DNA of 32,000 nt, taken from positions 2,070,001 to 2,102,000 of the forward strand of contig NZ_CP195536.1 in the NCBI RefSeq assembly GCF_051307035.1, read 5' to 3'. The position numbers were made by a program, and so were the translations under genes. Under the pieces are notes generated by a model. The model ran no database searches. It worked only from the letters and a program-made list of their open reading frames with translations, and was not told where the DNA came from. Shown piece after piece: positions 1 to 11,841 of the stretch. Source of the DNA: Psychrobacter sp. DM4 (GTDB lineage Bacteria; Pseudomonadota; Gammaproteobacteria; Pseudomonadales; Moraxellaceae). Positions within the stretch are counted from its first letter, which is position 1; the number at the start of each line of letters is the position of its first letter.

Positions 1-287
1 TTACGAGCACTGGTTTATCAGCCAATGTTAATGGATACTAATAAGTCAAAGACTAAAGTTAATTTGTGGTTCAAAGCTTAAAAACCTTTTGACCATAATC
101 AATTTTGATAAAACCTTTAGTATGTACTGATGACTTTACCATCTCGAATTCAGCTGATAAGCAGGTCGCTATTTTTGATCACTAAGATTACAAAATATCC
201 TGATTATAAAATATCCTAGAGATGATTTAAGTCACTCATCTAGTCTTGATGGTTAATGACGTCAAGCTTATCGAGAGGGACTTCGTT

Positions 288-485
288 ATGGAACCACACT
301 ACATGATATGGGGTACTATCATCGGCTATATGATACTAGCCTTGACAATTAGTGCTATTACTTCGCTATGGATTCGCTATCATCTCAAACGCAAAAACCT
401 TCATCCACGGCGCGCGCTCAAAAAAAGATACTTGATGCTAAAAAAACGTCGAAAAAAGCTTGACAGTAAGCATAGACGCTATTAG
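288..485 (+). CDS. Doubtful small membrane protein (65 aa from the ATG at 288; the track ORF starts at 246)
   Basis: GAGGGA at 275-280 lies 7 nt before ATG 288. It has one predicted TM (IWGTIIGYMILALTISAITSLWI) and then a very K/R-rich tail. That tail is encoded by the A-rich tract and promoter of the downstream tRNA, so the ORF may be fortuitous. Confidence 0.3.
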   Translation: MEPHYMIWGTIIGYMILALTISAITSLWIRYHLKRKNLHPRRALKKRYLMLKKRRKKLDSKHRRY

Positions 486-488
486 AAT
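460..488 (+). promoter_or_regulatory. Sigma70-type promoter for tRNA-Glu
   Basis: TTGACA (460-465), a 17-nt spacer, then TAGAAT (483-488). An A-rich UP-like tract lies upstream (approx 421-458). The tRNA starts about 50 nt downstream. Confidence 0.7.
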
Positions 489-538
489 GTGCACCACTTC
501 AGCGTAAATGGTGAAAGCAGCTGAAGGTGTAGTACCTA

Positions 539-614
539 GTCCCCATCGTCTAGAGGCCTAGGACACCGCCCTTTCACGGCGGTAACGGGGGTTCGAATCC
601 CCCTGGGGACGCCA
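539..614 (+). tRNA. tRNA-Glu (anticodon UUC), CCA encoded
   Basis: 76 nt, GTCCCCATCGTCTAGAGGCCTAGGACACCGCCCTTTCACGGCGGTAACGGGGGTTCGAATCCCCCTGGGGACGCCA. The acceptor stem GTCCCCA/TGGGGAC, the T-arm GGGGG-TTCGAAT-CCCCC and the anticodon loop CTTTCAC are all visible. It is near-identical in pattern to enterobacterial tRNA-Glu. Confidence 0.97.
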
Positions 615-639
615 TACATAAAAGCTCGTAGAGTTTTCA

Positions 640-677
640 AACCTTTAAATTCATATTAGAATTTAAAGGTTTTTTTG
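640..677 (+). terminator. Rho-independent terminator after tRNA-Glu
   Basis: Perfect 13-bp stem AACCTTTAAATTC / GAATTTAAAGGTT with loop ATATTA, followed by a T6 run. Confidence 0.85.
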
Positions 678-704
678 TTTTGGCTCACTTCAGATTTTTC
701 ACCT

Positions 705-729
705 AAAAAAGCTGACAATAAATGTCAGC
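705..729 (-). terminator. Rho-independent terminator downstream of the BLUF gene
   Basis: GCTGACA-ATAAA-TGTCAGC hairpin. On the minus strand it is followed by TTTTTT (A-run 705-710). Confidence 0.7.
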
Positions 730-747
730 ATTATTATTTAAATTTTC

Positions 748-1368
748 CTAGAATTTATCAGCCATTAATAGCCAAGGTATAGTCATAATAACCAGTATGG
801 CCAATACCGACTGAATCAAAAAGAAAGCTTGATGCTCTCCAACAACTTTGCTCAAAGTCACGCCTAAGGCACTATATTTGACAGGCTGAGTATCTATACC
901 GCCCTTTTTACCTTGATCATCATAAAGGTTATGTAATACCTCTAAAAACTGAAGGTGCTCATCACAGTTCCAATCATAAGGCTTAAAAGGCATCAGGGCT
1001 TTGATTCTAAGATCTTTGACCATACAGCGTTCAAGTACAATAGAACGTAGAGACCATCCCATGAAATGACGCTCAACAGTCTCAGAAAAATCCAATATTT
1101 TCAAGTCTCGATGACGATCATCTAATAATAAGCGGTTTTTTAAGTTCGTTAGGTCTTGCTCTCGACCTTCAACACACTGAAAAAAATATCCATTACCGTA
1201 ACAAAGAATGCCTGTTATGTCGTCAGCATCGTTATTCTCTGTTGCTACCTTTGCGATATCATTAAGTGTGCTAGCGCCTACAAGCCCAGCAGTTGTAATG
1301 CGACTGATATATACGAGCCGATAAAGATCTTTGGTATCTGAAGTTGTCATATCAATCACAGGTGACAA
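748..1368 (-). CDS. BLUF-domain (blue-light FAD sensor) protein with a C-terminal hydrophobic tail
   Basis: N-terminal LYRLVYISR...ITGILCYGNGYFFQCVEGREQDL..L..R...DDRHRDLKIL......RHFMGWSL matches the BLUF pattern (Y, Q, W/M positions). A TTG start at 1368 has AGGAG 7 nt upstream; an alternative ATG lies at 1350. The last approx 25 aa, FFLIQSVLAILVIMTIPWLLM, look like a TM helix. Confidence 0.85.
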   Translation of the reverse strand: MSPVIDMTTSDTKDLYRLVYISRITTAGLVGASTLNDIAKVATENNDADDITGILCYGNGYFFQCVEGREQDLTNLKNRLLLDDRHRDLKILDFSETVERHFMGWSLRSIVLERCMVKDLRIKALMPFKPYDWNCDEHLQFLEVLHNLYDDQGKKGGIDTQPVKYSALGVTLSKVVGEHQAFFLIQSVLAILVIMTIPWLLMADKF

Positions 1369-1613
1369 TCAGCCTCTCCTTATTATTAATTTTGTAAAAC
1401 AATAACGATTAAAGTTGCTTCTAAATTATTGATTTAACGTACTTTATATTTATTGTATTAAGTTGGTTACATCATAGGCCACTTTAGTCAATAAAGCAAA
1501 ACTTAATTTTTATATAGCGTTTATAGATATAATTAACAATACAATTGAGAGTGCACTTGATAAATACTAAGTATAGTAGAGTGCGTTGGATGACAAGAGC
1601 GTGACATTTGTCA

Positions 1614-2351
1614 TTAGAGTTCAGAAATTTTTTGTAATTTTATGATGGACGATACAAGTAAAGCATCATCTGCAAAGGTAAGTTTGATGTTTTGGCGGCT
1701 ACCTGCAACGAGACAAATGGGCAGATCCAAATGCTCAAAAGCGCTTGCTTCGTCAGTGATACTAAGATTGTGATGAGAGATATAATCCAATACATTTTTT
1801 AGCTCACTGACTCGGAATACTTGCGGAGTCTGCGCTTGCCAAATGTTTTCACGATCAATAGTGCGCGCAATATAATGGGTTGATTCTTTATGATTACCCT
1901 GATCTTGAGGTTGGGCTTGTTTTAGAGTATCTGCCACCGGCGTAGCTAAAATAGCACCATATAATTCAGTCTTGGCAGTTTCGATGACTTTATTTATATC
2001 TACAAGCGGTACCGTAGGACGCGCTGCGTCATGAATCAGGATAAGATCATCATCGCGGGCACCTTTACTGATGATAGCTTCTACCCCCGCGCTAACTGAT
2101 TGCCAGCGCTCAGAGCCTCCTACTGTAAACCAAGTCGGTAAATCAAAACTCAGACCCTTTGCAGTATCATCATCTGATGCGATCACAAGCAAACATTCTG
2201 CGATCTCATCGCTCTTTGATAGCCGCGCAATGCTATGCTGTAGTAGTGTTTGACCGTCGATAACGATATATTGTTTGGGTACGGATGCACCAAAGCGACT
2301 ACCGCGACCAGCGGCGACGATCATGGCATGTACTTGAGGGGTTTTATTCAT
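1614..2351 (-). CDS. ispD: 2-C-methyl-D-erythritol 4-phosphate cytidylyltransferase
   Basis: N-terminal AMIVAAGRGSRFG..PKQY motif, appropriate length, and the conserved position after ftsB. Confidence 0.93.
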   Translation of the reverse strand: MNKTPQVHAMIVAAGRGSRFGASVPKQYIVIDGQTLLQHSIARLSKSDEIAECLLVIASDDDTAKGLSFDLPTWFTVGGSERWQSVSAGVEAIISKGARDDDLILIHDAARPTVPLVDINKVIETAKTELYGAILATPVADTLKQAQPQDQGNHKESTHYIARTIDRENIWQAQTPQVFRVSELKNVLDYISHHNLSITDEASAFEHLDLPICLVAGSRQNIKLTFADDALLVSSIIKLQKISEL

Positions 2352-2396
2352 GATAGAGATTCGAGTGAATAGCTAATGGGCTATAGATACTGTGAA

Positions 2397-2705
2397 TTAA
2401 TAACGGCTATGCGTCGTTGGTGCTGTAGATACCTGTACAAAGGTCTCATTAGGTTTAATCAAACCCAAATCTAAACGTGCATGTTCCTCTACCGCTTCTA
2501 GGCCGTTTTTTAGATCGCTCACGTCTGTTCGTAGCAAATTATTGGCCGCAACCTGATTATCATTAAGCTGCTGCTGATTGCTAATCTCAGCTCGCAGCTT
2601 ATTGTGTTCAAAACGACCATTTTCACCCAGCCAATATTGATACTGTAGACCCATCAATACTGCGACTGCAAAAGCTAGTAATATAAACTGGCTGAAGTAT
2701 TTCAT
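2397..2705 (-). CDS. ftsB: Cell division protein FtsB
   Basis: MKYFSQFILLAFAVAVLMGLQYQYWLGENG... is a single TM followed by a coiled coil typical of FtsB. I prefer the ATG at 2705. The track's extension to 2798 adds 31 non-FtsB-like residues and nearly abuts the eno stop. Confidence 0.85.
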   Translation of the reverse strand: MKYFSQFILLAFAVAVLMGLQYQYWLGENGRFEHNKLRAEISNQQQLNDNQVAANNLLRTDVSDLKNGLEAVEEHARLDLGLIKPNETFVQVSTAPTTHSRY

Positions 2706-2803
2706 AATATGAGCACTAAAAGAATTGAATGGGAGTAGAAGTAGAGATGAGCAGTATGTGAACTTATTGACAAGTCGCATACTGCTCGGTGCTATCAAGA
2801 GAG

Positions 2804-4129
<1,326 letters not shown>

Positions 4130-4354
4130 TCATTCCTTTGGTCATGCCAAGTTTGTTGGATAAAAAAGGGTCAAGAAAAACGAGCTATAGATATGGATAA
4201 AATCGGTAATAATGCTTGGCATCATAGCATAAATTCTGCCAAACATCGCCCATCTTGGAAACCATAACGGGCGATTAAATTAGCAAATTTCATGCACTAC
4301 AATGAATACTAACTAAGCGAGATTTTATAATTTTAAATGTTGAGCGTCTATGGC

Positions 4355-6700
4355 TTATGGCTTGCTAGTATTCACCTTAGCACTGGCATCCGATACCGTA
4401 TTGGTCAGCTCAACCTTAGTTTTAAATTGGGTCAATCGTAGGGCATTTAGTAAGACAGATATAGAACTTAGCGCCATCGCCGCGGCTGCTATCATCGGGT
4501 TCAAAAATCCAAAAGCGGCCAAGGGAATACCTAAGCAATTATAAATAAAAGCAAAAAATAAGTTCTGTTTGATATTACGAACCGTTGCCTGAGCGATCTT
4601 TTGTGCTGCATCGATATGCATAAGCGACTCGCCCATTAACCGCGCAGAAGCACTATGCTGTGCCACATCAGTACCCTCAAACATAGCGAAACTGGCATCG
4701 GCGGTTGCCATAGCGGGCGCGTCGTTGACGCCATCACCTGCCATTGCCACTTTGTGACCTGGCGCTTGGAGTTTGGAGATTTGACTGGCTTTGTCACGTG
4801 GACTCATAGCGCCATACGCTTTGATGATACCCAGTTGTCCTGCCACATGATCAACCACAGACTGCTTGTCGCCGCTCATTAGCACCACATCAATATCAGC
4901 TGCTTGTAAGGCAGCAATCGCTTGCGGCGTATCGTCTTTTAGATCGTCAGCTAGTGCAAAAGCGCCAAGCGGTTCATCATTGATACTGACGGCAACCGTA
5001 CTGGCGATACTCCAAACTTTGGGCATATGCTTAGGTAGATTTAACTCAGCGAACGCGACCGTCCCTACTTTTACTAGTCCTAAGCCTGCAATATTGGCCT
5101 GAATACCGGCGCCTTTGATTACGCTAACGTCAGTCACGTCTAATAATGACAGATTGCGCTCTATAGCCACATTGATAAGGGCCGTCGCCAGTGGATGACT
5201 GGCATGAGCCTCAATACTCGCCGCAAGCTGTAACACATCATCGACTGCCAATGATTTGTCAACCATGACGTGATCGACCATGACGGGTTTGCCTATTGTT
5301 AACGTGCCTGTTTTATCCAGTACGACCGTGTCTATGTCACCAGCAGCCTCCAGACTTTGCGCGTCTTTGAACCAGACGCCATGACGCGCTGCCACGCCCA
5401 TACCCGCCATAATAGCAGCGGGCGTGGCAAGACCTAACGCGCAAGGACAGGCGATAACTAATACGGACACCGCATGCATAAGTGCTGTATCGACCCTACC
5501 TGTGAACCACCACGTGAGCACAAAAGTTACTATCGCAATCGCTACAACGACAGGTACAAAAATAGCGGTAACTCTGTCTGCAAGGCGAGCCAGCTTGGCC
5601 TTTGAGCCTTGAGCGTCGCTAAGCGCTTGTACCATGTCGCCAAGTTTAGTATCGCTACCCTTTGCGCTGACGCGATAGAGCAGACTGCCGTTCTCAACTA
5701 GAGCGCCTGCCAGCAAGGTATCGCCGCGCTCTTTTTTGAGCGGTACCGACTCCCCTGTTAGATGTCCTTCAACGCACCAGCCGCTACCGTCAACGACAGC
5801 GCCATCTGTCGCCACGCGGCTACCTTGTTTCGCGCGCAAAATATCACCAATTTGCACGTCTGTTAGGGCGACATTGTGAAAGTCACCATTAGCTTGTTGC
5901 AACTCAACCTCATCTGGGGTGAGCGATAGTAATAAATCAATACTATTTAGACTTCTCTTTTTGGTGCGCTCCTCTAAATATTTACCCGTCCGTACAAAGG
6001 CAATAACCATTACCCCTGCTTCAAAATAAACACCAGAGCCATGACCTTTGATAGACAAAAGACCAGCTAAGCTACCATCACCATGCGTCAACCATAGATA
6101 AGTGGAGTATGCCCAAATAGTGACTGTGCCGATGACTACTAATACATCCATATTGGCAAGGCCACCTTTAACAGATGCCCATGCACTACTATAAAAAGGC
6201 TGTGCGAAACCGAACTGGACGATCGTCGCCAAGATAAACTGTATCCAAACAGGCGGCATCCACGACATGCCTTGTCCCATCAACATGCCTACCATGCCCA
6301 CCAAAAACGGTACAAGACAGATCCAAAGCCCAATAAGCCGCCATGGTCTGCTGCCTGCAGCGTCCTCATCATTCTGAGCAAATAGAGCATCACCTGCTTG
6401 TAGATTGGCGACAAAGCCCGTCTTGTTGACCCATTCTGTGACTTCTTCGGGCGTTGTCTCGGTAGGGTTATAGTCGACATTGGCAGTTTCGCTTGCAAAG
6501 TTGACGCTGACCTCATAGATTGATGGCTTTTTATCTAATACCTTCTCAATTCGAGACGCACAGGCTTGGCACGACATGCCATCGATCGCCAATTGCAGGT
6601 GCGCACGCTGCGGCGCTTGCTGAGTGTTTGACTCAATATCGGCGCTAACCTCATTGCTGGCCTCATAGTTAGAATCAGTTGCGGTACTAGAATCAGTCAT
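4355..6700 (-). CDS. copA: Copper-translocating P1B-type ATPase
   Basis: One N-terminal HMA domain (GMSCQAC), then TGES, the CPC motif (ACPCALGLATP), DKTGTLT, SHPLA and GDGVNDAP. Confidence 0.95.
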   Translation of the reverse strand: MTDSSTATDSNYEASNEVSADIESNTQQAPQRAHLQLAIDGMSCQACASRIEKVLDKKPSIYEVSVNFASETANVDYNPTETTPEEVTEWVNKTGFVANLQAGDALFAQNDEDAAGSRPWRLIGLWICLVPFLVGMVGMLMGQGMSWMPPVWIQFILATIVQFGFAQPFYSSAWASVKGGLANMDVLVVIGTVTIWAYSTYLWLTHGDGSLAGLLSIKGHGSGVYFEAGVMVIAFVRTGKYLEERTKKRSLNSIDLLLSLTPDEVELQQANGDFHNVALTDVQIGDILRAKQGSRVATDGAVVDGSGWCVEGHLTGESVPLKKERGDTLLAGALVENGSLLYRVSAKGSDTKLGDMVQALSDAQGSKAKLARLADRVTAIFVPVVVAIAIVTFVLTWWFTGRVDTALMHAVSVLVIACPCALGLATPAAIMAGMGVAARHGVWFKDAQSLEAAGDIDTVVLDKTGTLTIGKPVMVDHVMVDKSLAVDDVLQLAASIEAHASHPLATALINVAIERNLSLLDVTDVSVIKGAGIQANIAGLGLVKVGTVAFAELNLPKHMPKVWSIASTVAVSINDEPLGAFALADDLKDDTPQAIAALQAADIDVVLMSGDKQSVVDHVAGQLGIIKAYGAMSPRDKASQISKLQAPGHKVAMAGDGVNDAPAMATADASFAMFEGTDVAQHSASARLMGESLMHIDAAQKIAQATVRNIKQNLFFAFIYNCLGIPLAAFGFLNPMIAAAAMALSSISVLLNALRLTQFKTKVELTNTVSDASAKVNTSKP

Positions 6701-6853
6701 AGATAAAACTCGTCATACTATTTATAGGAATATATTACTATACTAAAAAATATAATATAGCAATGAGATGGTTGCTATTAATACCAATGCAAGTGAATAA
6801 ACCTCTATTAACACAAAATGACCTAAACCTAATATAAAGTAAAAATAACCATC

Positions 6854-6880
6854 AAAAAAACCAGCCGTAATAGCTGGTTC
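6854..6880 (-). terminator. Rho-independent terminator between copZ and copA
   Basis: On the minus strand: AACCAGC-TATTACG-GCTGGTT followed by T7. Confidence 0.75.
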
Positions 6881-6898
6881 TAGGGGCGTGCTCTAGAA

Positions 6899-7123
6899 TT
6901 ACGAGTTAGCTACTCTAGCGTCAAAACCACCTTCAGTAATGACCGAAGCAATGTCTTCTGCGCTGGTCATAGTGTCATCAAAGGTGACCGTTGCTTGATT
7001 GGTGGGTAGCTCAACCGTCATACTGAGTAAACCTTCAAGCTCAGTGGTTACGCCGTGTACACTCTCTACGCATTTCTCGCAGGTCATACCATCTATTTTG
7101 ATAATTCGAGTTTGATGTGTCAT
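6899..7123 (-). CDS. copZ: Copper chaperone, HMA domain (CopZ-like)
   Basis: 74 aa with IDGMTCEKCVESV (the GMTCxxC motif). AAGGAG lies 6 nt before the ATG. Confidence 0.9.
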   Translation of the reverse strand: MTHQTRIIKIDGMTCEKCVESVHGVTTELEGLLSMTVELPTNQATVTFDDTMTSAEDIASVITEGGFDARVANS

Positions 7124-7247
7124 GCTAAGCTCCTTTTTGCTTGACTCAATGACGGTTTACTATTATCTTAGGATAAGCTAATACCCTTACACCCTAAGCG
7201 ATATAAGCGCTAACATCAACTGAGTTTGGTAAATAAGCACTAAACTA

Positions 7248-7496
7248 TTAATTATTAGGATTTTGCGGCGCATCAACTGGGAATGGCTGCGTCACATAGT
7301 CCACCATACTGATCGCGGCTGTAAAGGCATGAATGCTAGTGTCGGTATCCTCATAGGCTATGAGCACGGTACTACTCTCGGCATCAAGTTCAATCGCTGT
7401 GACCCCAGTGATATTCTGTAGTGCGGTCGTCACGCTCTCTAACCCCTTAGCATCATTGATATTTTCGATACTGACCTTTGCCATCTTAATCGCCAT
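7248..7496 (-). CDS. HMA-fold paralog lacking the CxxC metal site
   Basis: 82 aa. It aligns by eye to the adjacent CopZ: IENINDAKGLESV versus IDGMTCEKCVESV, and TVLIAYED versus ATVTFDD. It contains no Cys at all. AAGGAT lies 5 nt before the ATG, and the gene starts 37 nt downstream of kdsA. Confidence 0.7.
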   Translation of the reverse strand: MAIKMAKVSIENINDAKGLESVTTALQNITGVTAIELDAESSTVLIAYEDTDTSIHAFTAAISMVDYVTQPFPVDAPQNPNN

Positions 7497-7533
7497 GACT
7501 TATCCTTTATAGTTGGTTTAGATATCCTATCGC

Positions 7534-8424
<891 letters not shown>

Positions 8425-8544
8425 TTATTGTTATTACTCATAGCTATTGTAACCGATAGATTAAGACCTGTCCTACTCTAAACCTATGAGGTCTTGATAC
8501 GCTAATAGAGGCGATTGGCTGACGACTAAATCTCAAACGTTTAT

Positions 8545-8572
8545 AAAAAAAGACCAATCCGTAGATTAGTCT
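8545..8572 (-). terminator. Rho-independent terminator after pyrG
   Basis: On the minus strand: AGACTAATC-TACG-GATTGGTCT (one G-U pair) followed by T6. Confidence 0.7.
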
Positions 8573-8605
8573 TTTATTGATTAAAATTTAATACGTTAGT
8601 GTAGG

Positions 8606-10390
<1,785 letters not shown>

Positions 10391-10411
10391 CTATGTATAC
10401 AAGGTATTGAT

Positions 10412-11461
10412 TTAGAATTTATATTCTAGACCACCACCAGCTGCGAATAAATCATAATCAATACCAGCAATATCAGCTGAGTTTTGACCAACATAAGCAT
10501 GAGCAATCATGTTGTTTTTAAACTGGTACTCGCCACCAACAACAATTTGGTCCGAATCAGAGTTAGCAGAACCAAAGAGATTATCAGTGTTATTGTACTG
10601 AACATAAACAGCGGCTGGTTTAGCAAAGTTAGTTAAGCCCATTTTAGCACTTACTACATAGCCTCTTTCGTCTTCAGGAGTAGCGTCAAAATCAGCGACT
10701 TGATATAGTGCGCCTACGGTTACAGGGTAAGCTACATACTTGCTCATATCGACAGTAACCGTACCACGGATAAGATCACCAGCTAGATTGACGTCATTAT
10801 CATAAGCGACACCAGCGGTAATACCAGTACCAGCATCAAACATCAAAGCCGCTGCAAAACCATCATCACTAGCGCCATCAAATGACTCATCAGCCTTGTA
10901 CATAAGTGCTAAATCTAATGGCATGTCATTATATTTAGGTGCTTTCCAGATTACTGAATTATTGATACGACCACTATCTGCTAAGTTAAAACCTTTTTCA
11001 TTACTCTCAAGGTTATTCGCGCCTAGATTATCCCAATAACCACTACCAGAAGTTACAACATTGTTTACGTAATCGACAACTGAAGTATTCCGACCAAAAC
11101 GAAACTGACCGTACTTATCATTATTAAATCCTAAGTAAGTATCACGACTTTGAAAATTTCTATTCGTACCATCGACACGGACACCATATTCGAGTTGATA
11201 AATCACATCAGTATTAGCAGTGGCTGCTTCAGAGCCTTTAAAACCAATACGCGATGAGTATGAGTTGACTTGAATTGAGTCTTCACCTACATCGACACCT
11301 AAACCATCAATATCAGTATTAACATAATCCACTCCGACGAACGCTTTACCGTAAACAGTCGGTGCCGCTTGAGTTGTAGATATAAATAAAGCAGTGATTG
11401 CTGTCGCCAAAAGTAATTTTTTCGTAAGGTATCTCCACTTTACAATTTCAGTAATAAGCAC
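10412..11461 (-). CDS. Outer-membrane general porin (paralog 1); start codon uncertain
   Basis: Signal-peptide-like KKLLLATAITALFISTTQA-AP, alternating beta-strand pattern, and a C-terminal GGGLEYKF ending in F. It is similar to the downstream paralog along its whole length. The only in-frame start in the track is the GTG at 11461, which has no SD. The position matching the paralog's start is ACG. Confidence 0.8.
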   Translation of the reverse strand: MLITEIVKWRYLTKKLLLATAITALFISTTQAAPTVYGKAFVGVDYVNTDIDGLGVDVGEDSIQVNSYSSRIGFKGSEAATANTDVIYQLEYGVRVDGTNRNFQSRDTYLGFNNDKYGQFRFGRNTSVVDYVNNVVTSGSGYWDNLGANNLESNEKGFNLADSGRINNSVIWKAPKYNDMPLDLALMYKADESFDGASDDGFAAALMFDAGTGITAGVAYDNDVNLAGDLIRGTVTVDMSKYVAYPVTVGALYQVADFDATPEDERGYVVSAKMGLTNFAKPAAVYVQYNNTDNLFGSANSDSDQIVVGGEYQFKNNMIAHAYVGQNSADIAGIDYDLFAAGGGLEYKF

Positions 11462-11765
11462 GCTAAAATTAGCTGGTGCCTACGATAATATCGTCACAAA
11501 TCCTCAAAATACGATGTGTAACCTGCTACTAGACGCTGTCAGACATAAATTTAGCAACTTTATATTACTGTAAGATGAAAAAACCAAAATTTACAGAGAA
11601 GCAACTCATAATGTAACGGCGGTTTATGGCTATGTACTTTTTTTCTATCTTGTGAGGTAGCCTATCTAAAATGGATACATATATCGTTTTAGATAGATTG
11701 CAAAAAATTTCTAGCTTACTTTAGATAATTATGAGCATCAATCAGACTTTATTTAAAATAACCCA

Positions 11766-11797
11766 TAAAAAAACTCACCCCGAAGGATGAGTTTTTG
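11766..11797 (-). terminator. Rho-independent terminator after porin 2
   Basis: ACTCATCC-TTCG-GGGTGAGT on the minus strand, followed by T7. Confidence 0.8.
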
Positions 11798-11841
11798 GCA
11801 TATTAACTACTATACAAAGAATATCTATGCGTGGGTCAGTA

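Noticed and set aside
1-81. Frame-1 open stretch ending at TAA 79-81, possibly the 3' end of a plus-strand gene cut by the window edge
   Set aside because: Only 26 codons are visible (LRALVYQPMLMDTNKSKTKVNLWFKA) with no recognisable motif, so it cannot be supported.
192-217. Direct repeat AAAATATCCT x2, with starts 16 bp apart
   Set aside because: It is short and AT-rich, with no adjacent gene clearly regulated by it. A chance occurrence is plausible in AT-rich spacer DNA.
2706-2798. 31-codon N-terminal extension of ftsB in the track ORF
   Set aside because: The extension precedes the canonical FtsB N-terminus (MKYF... followed by the TM) and would leave almost no gap after eno. The internal ATG at 2705 gives a normal-length FtsB.
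7167-7198. CTTAGG-N20-CCTAAG inverted repeat upstream of copZ as a MerR/CueR-type operator
   Set aside because: The arms are only 6 bp. The implied -35/-10 spacing is 21-24 bp, not 19-20. It does not resemble the CueR box. That is too weak to call.
4355-7496. Horizontal acquisition of the copper module inferred from base composition
   Set aside because: Spot counts of GC in copA versus pyrG looked similar (mid-40s percent), and no mobility genes or flanking repeats are visible. I cannot support a foreign-origin claim without computing composition and comparing genomes.
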